From contig CBFFRP010000426.1 in NCBI GenBank assembly GCA_965644295.1, positions 1-64,000 on the forward strand: 64,000 nt of DNA, given 5' to 3'. Positions 54,464 through 64,000 of the stretch are shown one piece after another. The position numbers and the translations under genes are program-made. This DNA is from Paraphysomonas bandaiensis (lineage: Eukaryota; Protista; Chrysophyceae). Under the pieces are notes generated by a model that saw only the letters and a program-made list of their open reading frames with translations, made no database searches and had not been told where the DNA came from. How positions within the stretch are numbered: the first letter of the stretch is position 1; each line of letters opens with the position of its first letter.

Positions 54464-55749
54464 TCAATGAAACTCGATAGCGCGATTGAAGAGTTGGTAA
54501 AGATATACATAGTCAACTCTTTCATTGTACCCAAGTGCATGAACATAACGAAAGTAATCCACAAATTCACCTACTGTAAGGTTAGCACTACAATAATATT
54601 CTCGGCACAACGTGGTATTCAAGTACATCACATTGGCACATATACCTGGTAGGCCACTACAGAGCTGCTCTAAATCAACGGAGGCTTTCATCCGTGCCAC
54701 TGCAACTCGAAATTGTAACGAGCGAGCATACGTAGAATTATTCGCCACCAGTCGAGCCCAAGGCAACCTCTTTTTGAGAAAATACACCAAGGAGTAACCG
54801 AGTGATAGTAGGTCATCCCTAGGAGCATACTCTGCTCATAAATGTTCTGGCTTACTTCGTTGCGAAACAAATCAACAGCGCACCTATTCCTACAGTATTA
54901 TAGTAGCCTGCCCATACAAGGGAACCGTGAAAGCTATTCGTCTTCCTATGTATCCCGTCAAACCATTTGCTTATTCCAAAATCTAATAGAAATACTGATG
55001 AGTTATCCACAGAAAATGCGATATTACTAGGCTTGATGTCCCTGTATTATTTTAACTGCGTAATTCTCCTGTTAGCATTGTTCCATACCTAGTCAATGAC
55101 AGAAGTAATGATTTTCCACAACTACAACTGTCATGCACCTGTGAGTGTATCCTAACTCATGCGCACCCTGTAGTGCATTCATCAAATGGAGAGCAAACGA
55201 CAGGACTTTGTTTACAGGGAACACTCTGGGATGCGGCAAGGCTCTACGCGCAGCTTCCAAATTACTCCCTGTGCGTTCTAGTAGCATAACATTCATATCA
55301 TCATACGCTCCTTGCCAGTATATATGGGGTATTCCACCTGCAATACAAAGTTGAACTTAAAAATTACATTTCGCTCTACTCACTTGTATCATTGAGAGTC
55401 TCCATTACACGAGCTTCTTCCACTAATTGGGTGGATATATTTGCATATTCAAGCTTCACTGCATATGACTGCTTCGTGTGTATATCATATGCAGAGTATA
55501 CGCTTCCATATGAGCCCTTCCCAAGCTGATATTCCAGTTGAATCTGCTTATAACTGAGGTATGCGGGTATGAGAATGGAGCTGGTATTACCTCTTTGCCT
55601 CCAAAAGTGTGTATTCGGCTCATAAAGCTGTTGTTTAATTCAGGGACCATAGTGACTTTAACTCTCTTGTATGCCTCTATCTGACTCATTGACAACACCA
55701 GTAGCCAACCAACTAACCTATTTCCTGTGCCCATATTGCAGGGAGACAT
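54464..55749 (-). CDS. Casein kinase 1/TTBK-like Ser/Thr kinase; multi-exon
   Basis: After splicing: LGKGSYGSVY, YAVKLE, GYTHRDIKPSN, LLDFGIS, GIEYAPRDDLLSLGY, LPW, ALGYNERVDY. Start codon uncertain (55749 or 55689). Confidence 0.85.
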
Positions 55750-56402
55750 GCAGGATGATATCGTCAGGAGTTAACGCTATGGTCGTATATACATACAGTG
55801 TACTATATAGTGAACTATAAACTAAGCACTGCTATAGACTATACACGACTGTCTTAATAGGAGGACATATTCACATACTACATACAGAGTCCACGAAGTT
55901 GAACTTCATATCCTCCACTTCGTAGACTTCGCATATGTAGATATGGATATCTGATATGATGTTGGAGTTTGTACAACAGTACCAGGAGTATGAAGTATGT
56001 CAGCAGAAACTCCACCGAACTGGGGATATTTAGGACAGACTCAGTTAAAATTCCGTATTTATGATTAAATTCGACACCGAAAACCCCAAAATCTCTAATT
56101 TACAACACATAAATTCTAAAATTCGATAAGATAAAAACATCCGATAAGATAAAAACATCCGACAAATGGAATTCTTATCCAATCACCTGATTGGTTCCTT
56201 GAAACAGAATTCTCTGTTGCAATATGATGTACTTGGGGCTATGAGTATATCGTATAGGAACATCCACATACATTCACTCATTGTTTGTCAATTATTGGGA
56301 TATATTACCTAATCGTGTTCTAGTTATACACAATCTACGACCTTATTTGCTAGATAACTGCATTCTACTTCGACTTCGAGCTATACTTGTGAATACCTTG
56401 TC

Positions 56403-57415
56403 ATGGCAAGCAGAGATCTTACACTAGCGAAGGAATCATACGATACGAGAGATGTGGAGATGTCTATTAAAGCCCATGAGGCCAAAACTATAGAGTCTGC
56501 TACAGAAGATCACAGGTTAGTGCATATGTGTCGTGTGGTCAGTCTGACTAGTAGAAAAGCGGGGCAGGGGACTATGTTAAGTCACTGGTGTTTGGAGGGC
56601 TAGATGGAATCATCACTACATTTGCTATAGTAGCAGCTGTAGCAGGTATATGCGTGATATAGTATACATAGGTACAGTAATCTCTTCTACAGGGTCTGGT
56701 CTAAGTCCTGATGTTGTAATATTGATGGGAGTCGCCAATTTACTGGCCGACGGGATATCCATGGGGCTGGGAGACTATCTTTCGGAAAAAGCGGAGAATA
56801 GGTTCGTGAAACACGAGAGAGATCGTGAAATGTGGTACGTATAATAAGAAATTAATAGTTAACTGCAAATATTAATTTCAAATATAGGGAGACCAATAAC
56901 TTCTTAGATGGCGAGATAAAGGAGATGATCGAAATATATATGAACAAGGGCCTTTCCGAAGAGGATGCTTCACTTATCATAAACACAATGGTCAAATATA
57001 AAGACTTTTTTGTGGACCACATGATAGTTATGGAACTTGGCTTAATGCCAGTGGAGGATGAAGATGATGCATGGAAAAAAGGTCTTGTGACCTTTTTTTC
57101 GTTCCTCTTATTTGGGTCTGTCCCAGTACTGATATATATCATCCTCCGCGGTGTAGAGTACGGGGACACAAACATCGATGTTACATTTTTGTTGGCTATA
57201 GGAGGGACCCTATTGACAATATTTGTTTTGGGGGTAGCTCAAGGGGTGGTTACCAATCAAAATGTATGGATGAGGTATGGTTCCTATACTCGATATCTTC
57301 TATATGACGTAACTTTTTTATGCTAAGTGGACTTTCAATGCTCCTCAACGGAGGTCTTGCTGCAACTGTGTCATATCTAGCAGGATACCTTCTGGAGCAG
57401 TTTCTAGATATTTAA
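56403..57415 (+). CDS. VIT1/CCC1-family vacuolar iron/manganese transporter; multi-exon
   Basis: DYVKSLVFGGLDGIITTFAIV, GVANLLADGISMGLGDYLS, EMIEIYMNKGL, TFFSFLLFGSVP. Confidence 0.92.
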
Positions 57416-57765
57416 GTGTATCTTATGTTGTCGATATGAGCTAATTACTTCTATATTAGCTGTGCGATTCTCTTTAGTTGTCGAGTTAAATCATTGCATA
57501 ATATCGTCTGTCTTATCTCTATTCTGTTTTGAATTTAGCGAGGACTAATTGTGAAATAGTTAGGAAACTGCATCGTGTGATCGTGTGATGCACAGATATC
57601 TGTTGGTCGCTTAAAAGCGATGTGTCTGCCATTGCAATATATACTTCTTGTTTCTAAGTCGTTATATTATGTGAGCTGTAGCGCCTGAAACTATGCACAC
57701 CACGATATTCATATTAGCCTAATAGTGTGCATTGGAACTTATTGGTATACAATGCATCTACCACA

Positions 57766-58975
57766 CAGGGATAGGGAACAATATATTGTATTGCAATATA
57801 TTGTACAATATATTGCAATATATTGTAAAATATATTGATTGGTGGACTGGTCAAATATTCCATCAATAGTGTTTCTGTTAATAGAGCTCACAATACTATT
57901 GCAATATATTGCAATCAATATTATGATAGTCATATAAGAGAAGATCCTCAACTGTATGGTGCAAAATATACGCCTCTGTATACAAATATCCGGAAAATAA
58001 GAAAAAAAGCCTATTTTTGATGTTATTTTCTATTTTTTATGTATCGCCAGCTCAAACAGCACTCTACACCTCTCCACATGTATGTACAGTACTTCTCTTA
58101 ATATAGTATATATATCCTATAGTGACAAGAAGAGACAACTGAATGATGAGTGCATACAAGAGTAGGGACATTTACCGCTGTTTTTGGATGCCGGAACATA
58201 TTTGATGGCTTATTGAGGGACTTTAGGCCAAAGTATCCACTATCTGCTTTACAGAAAAACAGTCCCATTGTTAATGATCCGAATTTCGAGAATGGAATTG
58301 CAAAACTCCAAGCAGGCGAAGAATTGGACTTGACAAGATCTGAGAAAGATGCTGTTAGAATATATCTCCGTTCAGACAGTGATTATTGCAACAATACAGA
58401 GGATGATGAAGCTGAAGTTGGCTATGCGGAAAAAATTCTTCAATCAGCTCAAAAACTTAAGAAGCGAAAAGTTGAAATATCTAAGTACAGGTGCACGAGT
58501 CATGTAGTATGTACTTCCAATACGTGTGAACGCCTGTTCAGCGCAGCAAAACTGATTATATCAGTGTTGCGTAAACGTATGCATCCTACTACACTTAATA
58601 TGCTGTTGTTTCTGAAAGCTAACCGACAGTTGTGGCCGGATGCAAGCATATTTCAATCAATATTGAATGAATATGGTGATGATGATGTCACCGATGATGG
58701 CTCAGAGGATGAGTATGAGGAAACTTTTAATTAGTTAAGAGTAGTGGGTTTGATTATCAAGTGACCTTAGACCTTATAAAATATGGCAAGTACTAAAAAT
58801 GAAAACTACGGATGTGTTTACTTACTGATTAGTCATACTAATATATTGCAATATATTGTACAATATATTGCAATATATTGCAATAGTATTGTAGGGCCGG
58901 TTTAAAAAATCCATCAATACTATTGATGGAACGCTACCTAACAATAGTATTGCAATATATTGTTCCCTATCCCTG
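57766..58975 (+). mobile_element. Non-autonomous hAT transposon (internal-deletion derivative, 1210 bp)
   Basis: 23-bp perfect TIRs CAGGGATAGGGAACAATATATTG; 8-bp TSD CTACCACA at 57758-57765 and 58976-58983; subterminal arrays of palindromic CAATATATTG. Confidence 0.95.
58150..58734 (+). pseudogene. hAT transposase C-terminal fragment (dimerisation domain)
   Basis: TSNTCERLFSAAKLIISVLRKRMHPTTLNMLLFLKAN; the N-terminal and most catalytic regions are missing. Confidence 0.85.
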
Positions 58976-59225
58976 CTACCACATATAACAGTATGATAAT
59001 TTTTATATTATTATCCTGTAGTCAATGGTTTTTTGATACTATATCTAGGTCAAGATAAGGTACCACGACTATGGTAGTTGTTACAGGGAATTCTGCATAA
59101 AGTAGTTACAGTAATTATCATAAAGTGGCTGTTAACACTCATATGGGATCCGCATTACTTGAAGTGCAAACTGGATATATCAAATTACGTATATTTCTCT
59201 AATTACATAGTTAAATTTACATACA

Positions 59226-59960
59226 TAGTTATCCCCATTTTGTCTCAAAAAATGCTTTTCTGATTTGGGCTCAACAGGGCGCTCATATCAGCACCGGGCA
59301 AATATAGACATTCAACTTCAATATTCGGTTGAACAGAAGCTCACTTCTATCCTAAGTATGATAATGAGAGTCGTATATATGTGATTTCATTATAGTACAC
59401 AATTATAGAGAAACCACAATCATGAGCGAAATACCAAAAGCAGATCATCTAACACTCCAGGTTATATTCCATCCTTCGACTGCTGTATAAGATCACAACG
59501 ATGTCAGTGCAAGTGATCTGTCTTCATATCCAGGACTTCGAAACAACTTCAAGAATATTAACAGGAGAGTTTAAGTACCATATCTGATGCAATATAGGTG
59601 GTTAAGAGCAGTGGCACCCAGTTCTTTCAGGTTTGGAGCCATATCGTGCTTCCCAGGATATTGTGTGTCTCATATCATACACACATCTTTCGATCAGGTG
59701 AACTTGCAGAGGTAAAGCCTGCTGTATATAAATGTGATGCTGATGCTAATTAAGGCAATAAGAAGCCTCTCTTTCACCTTCAACTGTTCACGTTTATCAT
59801 CACACTTACAGTATATACATATCATTCATTTGAAACTATATGAGTTCTTATTTGTGTTATTCATGTTAATCAAGGAACATCTATTTCATAATACAGCAAG
59901 CATGCTACAAATAGCTATACAATCTAATATTAACTTTTCAACGTCATGAGGATAAGCTAC
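59226..59960. repeat. Dispersed non-coding repeat, copy 3
   Basis: Collinear with 35815-36650. Confidence 0.8.
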
Positions 59961-59962
59961 AA

Positions 59963-60080
59963 TTTAACCTAGGGATAAGGAGTATCGTCCCTTGTCTAAA
60001 TTTTAAAACTCGGGCTTTTCGCCCTCGTTTCAAAATTTTGAGCGCGGGACGATATAGCCTCCTTATTGCCCGTGGTTAAA
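59963..60080. repeat. Imperfect fold-back palindrome of about 118 bp
   Basis: TTTAACCTAGGGATAAGGAGTATCGTCCC...GGGC-TTTTC-GCCC...GGGACGATATAGCCTCCTTATTGCCCGTGGTTAAA. Confidence 0.85.
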
Positions 60081-60171
60081 TATAACTATAACTGTACGCC
60101 TATTCTATTTACACTAGAAGTATAAATATCCGCTTTATTGGTGTTGGTTGTCCTGGACCCACCATCACATC

Positions 60172-63100
60172 TGTTGGGAAATGCTCATTTTACTTAGATC
60201 AAAGAGAGATTAAGTTGTTAGACTAGATAGATTTATTAATATCGTTTACATGAATTGTGTTAAACAACACAAGCTCGTTTTGTGCCATGCATAAATCACT
60301 ACTTCTGTAGACCTTTCGCTACTAAACATATCTTGAAAGAGCAAACTATTTCAGTTTTCTCAATATCATAACAGCATCTACACATCACCATACTTCACTG
60401 TATTCTCGTACATTGTCTTCAAGTACCACATTGAATATACTAGGATACAGTCCATATTCTAATACTCCCACTCAATGTAGAATGCAGTGATACGAAACAA
60501 CAATGAGTACAGTGATCTTCATGCTATAAACTAGTCTCATAGGTAAAATAGATGTGAAATCTTATCAAGATACATATATAACTAGCAGTCAACTAGATAT
60601 ATAGTTATGTGGGATTCTCACCCACTAAAACACACCTTTAACCTCTTCGGGGTCGCTTCTTCTGCTGCTCCTCAACTCTGGTTGACACACTTCTCTTAAC
60701 CCCGGTAATAGTTTTCTCATGACGACTGAAAAGTTTCGTTGACAATGCCTTCGTGAAAATATCAGCCGCCATATCATCCGTCGACACATGAATCAACTTT
60801 GCCGTAGGAAATTTTCCATTTACATGCTCTCTCACCCAGTGATACTTGATGTCTATATGCTTCGACCTCTTATGATACACAGGATTCTCGGAGAGATCTT
60901 TCGCACTCTTGCTATCCATAAAGAATGGAGTCGGCTTCGCAACTAAGAGCCCGAGCTCCTTGAACACCCCCGAAGCCACACCAGTTCTTGCATAGCCGCA
61001 TACTCCGCCATATATTCAGATTCCATGCTCGAAGTTGCAACTGTGGTCTGTAGTTTAGACTGCCAGGCCAATGCGCCTGCACATAAGAACACAATGTATC
61101 CTGTTGTCGATCGCCGAGTCAGTCTATCACCAGCCCAATCTGAATCACTGAACACATGTAAGTCGAACTCACTCCCACTGAATCTGATGCCCTCATCAAT
61201 TGTTCCACGCAAATATTTCAATAAGTGAATCGCCAGTTTGCACGATGCATATGTCGGACAACTACTAAATCGAGACAATAACCCCACTGCATAAGCCAGA
61301 TCAGGTCTAGTATGCATTGCTAGATACAACACTGCTCCAATAATTTGCCGATACGGAAATGAGTCAACCCACTGCTTCTGCTCCTCCGTAAGTTCACGTT
61401 CCTCTGCCAACAGATCCTGAACATTAGTAGGTAGTGGGGCCTCCTTATTCTTACTACTCTTTCCCATAACTGAGCTGAATTTCTTGATAATATTCTTAGC
61501 ATACTCAGATTGATCTAACATATACCAATTTTCTCCTCTGGTTATCCTGATGTTCAGAAATCGCTTACACACTCCCAGATCATGCATCTCGAATGTTTCA
61601 CAGAACCTACGCTTTACGCTTTCCAAGTAAGTCAGATCAGCGGATGCAATTATGATATCATCAACATATATCAATAATAAATGCAGTTTTCCGTTACTCC
61701 ATCGCATATACAAACACGTATCCAAAATACACGGAGTAAAATGCAATGATTTAATAAACTTGTCAATATGTTTATTCCACTGTCGCGGTGAAGATCGCAG
61801 TCCATACAATGCCTTGATTAGTTGAAAACACCATCCAGCTAGTAATTCCTCATCTGGTGGAGGTGCCATATACACGTCATCCTCCAGATCTGCATAGCAA
61901 AATGCGGATGATACATCTAATTGATGCACATGCATCTGTAACATAAACGCAATCGCTAACACTAGTCTAATGGTTATACCCTTAACCACTGGAGCGAAAG
62001 TGGACGGCTCCTCCTCCTTCTTCTCTTGGAGATTTCCTAATGCCACTAGCCGAGCCTTGTACTTTACTATATTCCCTAGTATGTCTCGCTTCACCGTATG
62101 CACATATTTCGCTCTAACTAATTTCACTCCGCTTGGAATTTTCACGATCTTCAAGACACGTCTTTTCAGCAATGATGTCTTCTCCACCATTCGAGCTTTT
62201 CTCCATTGTTGATACTGTGGAGATCTCTCTGCCTCGGCATATGAATTTGGTATCTTGATATCTTCTGTCTCTGCATGGTTAAGATCAATATTATGCGCAT
62301 CCGGTACTTCAACCATATTAATCTCTCCTAAAACTGACGCGTTTGCCAGTCTCCGCTGCAGCCGTTTGCGTCGGACCCGACCATCACCATCTAGTTCAAT
62401 CGGTCGACGAGGTATATAAGAACCCGTACCTTGCTCATCCTGAGCACGCACATCGTGCGTTGTGGGAGGAGCCCCGCTCACAACCCCAGACTCATAGTCT
62501 TCAGAGGTCTGCAACCTCACAGCTGTCTCCTGACAGGTTGGGTCAGGACTCTCCTGTAACCCTCCAGGTCTTCCCTGGTCCAGCACCCTGGCTGGCATAG
62601 TACTCAGGGCGTCCCCCTTTCCTATATATCCGGTATTCCCGGGAGTTTCTGCAGTCATTCGCACTACGTCCTCGACGTGAATCGGCACCCGGTGCTCGAT
62701 ATGCTTCCGACCTGCAGTTACCAGAGATCGATAGGCTACTATTACCCCCTTTCGTTCTACTACTCTCGTGGTCTTGTAGAGAAGACCATCCTCATCATCA
62801 ATATGATATGTACCTTCTAAGCCCGCATAGTCAGACACAATTTTCGGTCTCTCGGCCTCCTTCACTCGAAGAGCATCTATCTCAGCGAAATAGCTCTCCG
62901 AGCGTGACGGTATGGACTCATCAGTTAATACATGTACCGACGTGACGACCCTATCAGTCGCAGGTAGATATACATCATATCCTACCTTTTCATCTGAATA
63001 TCCTATCAGATATCCGATAAGGGCCTTGTCGTCCCAGTCTTTCCGTCGATCCGCCTTTGTAGTGAGGACATACGCACGACACCCCCATACTCTGAGATAT

Positions 63101-64000
63101 TTCAGGTTGGGAGCCTCACCAGTCAAAAATTCAAGAGGGGACATATACCCCTTCGCTGTCTTTGTAGGCAATCGAATTAATATGTACCTGGCTGCCATGT
63201 AGGCATCTAGCCAAAACTGTGAAGGCAATCCTGACTGAATCAGCATCGCTAATGTCATCTCACCACAGGTCCTGAATTTCCGCTCCTCAATCGCGTTCAT
63301 CTCAGGAGAGTCCGTAGAGCTCCACGTATGTTGATAGCAACCCTGTGACCTAAGATATTGTCGCAGCTCATCACATATTAGCTCCCCTGCTCCATCTGCA
63401 TGGTAATGATGCATTTCTAATTTGTACCTTTTCACATCTCCTTCAAAAATCTTCTTGAAAACCTGCAGTACCGATGACCCAGTCCTATGAACAAGCCCTT
63501 CCGACCAGAACATCCGACTGGCATGGTGTGTTAGTTTGAGCACATATATTTCCCCTCCTCGAGCTGGACAATTTAAGTATACTGCTATATCGGCCGAGAA
63601 ATTTGGACGAACGGAGTCCTCATCCTTTGTCCGAAAACTTACTCTGGTGATCTTCGCCCTGGCGCATACATCACATAGACACTGTTCTTTGGAAACACGT
63701 TTCGAGAGATGTTTTCGTTTCAGTCCAGTCCCAATAATTAGCATTCTTTTGTGGGCTTCTACCAACGCATGCTTGTTAAAATGACCCGCTCTCCTATGTA
63801 ACAGCTCCAGTTCATCCTCACCCGTACGGTCACTGAGATTTACTTCTGAATCACTGGATGTCGATACGTCTGGAAGCTCCAATAACTGCTGTGTTGGCAC
63901 AGCAGTCATTCCATTCTTCATAGGTCCCTCCAACACCAGCTCATCCGTATTTCTGTCATATATCTGTATACCATACCATACAGTAAATCGATATCCCATA
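60172..64000 (-). mobile_element. Ty1/Copia LTR retrotransposon (5' part beyond the window)
   Basis: ORF 60943..63999 has GAG-pre-integrase (HRRAGH..CDVC), integrase (ADIA/HADGAGE/PEMNAIEER) and RT (KARLVA, QLDVSSAF, YVDD). RNase H continues in 60638..60979 after a frameshift in a G5 run. PPT at 60465-60476; 3' LTR at 60172-60464. Confidence 0.95.

Overview
A 64-kb eukaryotic nuclear region with short (about 40-60 bp) GT-AG introns. It probably comes from an ochrophyte/stramenopile: Cpn60 carries a signal peptide followed by a Phe-initiated transit peptide typical of secondary red plastids. Copia LTR retrotransposons occupy both ends. Between them lie about 14 host genes, many in head-to-head pairs: SAM methyltransferase/Cpn60, LYRM5-like, Trf4-like nucleotidyltransferase, SKP1, SDR/AFG1, alanine racemase/GPCR, peroxisomal Lon, IP3R-like/BK-like and CK1-like/VIT1. 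The window also holds an apparently intact pogo/Fot-like DD35D transposon inserted in a (TACA)n tract, a deleted hAT element, solo LTRs, LINE remnants and several repeats. The standout is an IP3-receptor-family channel of about 2,930 aa (11 exons spliced by hand, 47875-38563). It carries a complete extra voltage-sensor domain (S1-S4, S4 = KTVRILRLIRVFRAARLLKK) spliced into its cytosolic region, appears to have lost most IP3-binding residues, has an altered pore filter, and sits head-to-head with a BK/Slo-like K+ channel. A bacterial-type alanine racemase is a likely horizontal acquisition. All family calls come from motif recognition by eye; no database searches were run.
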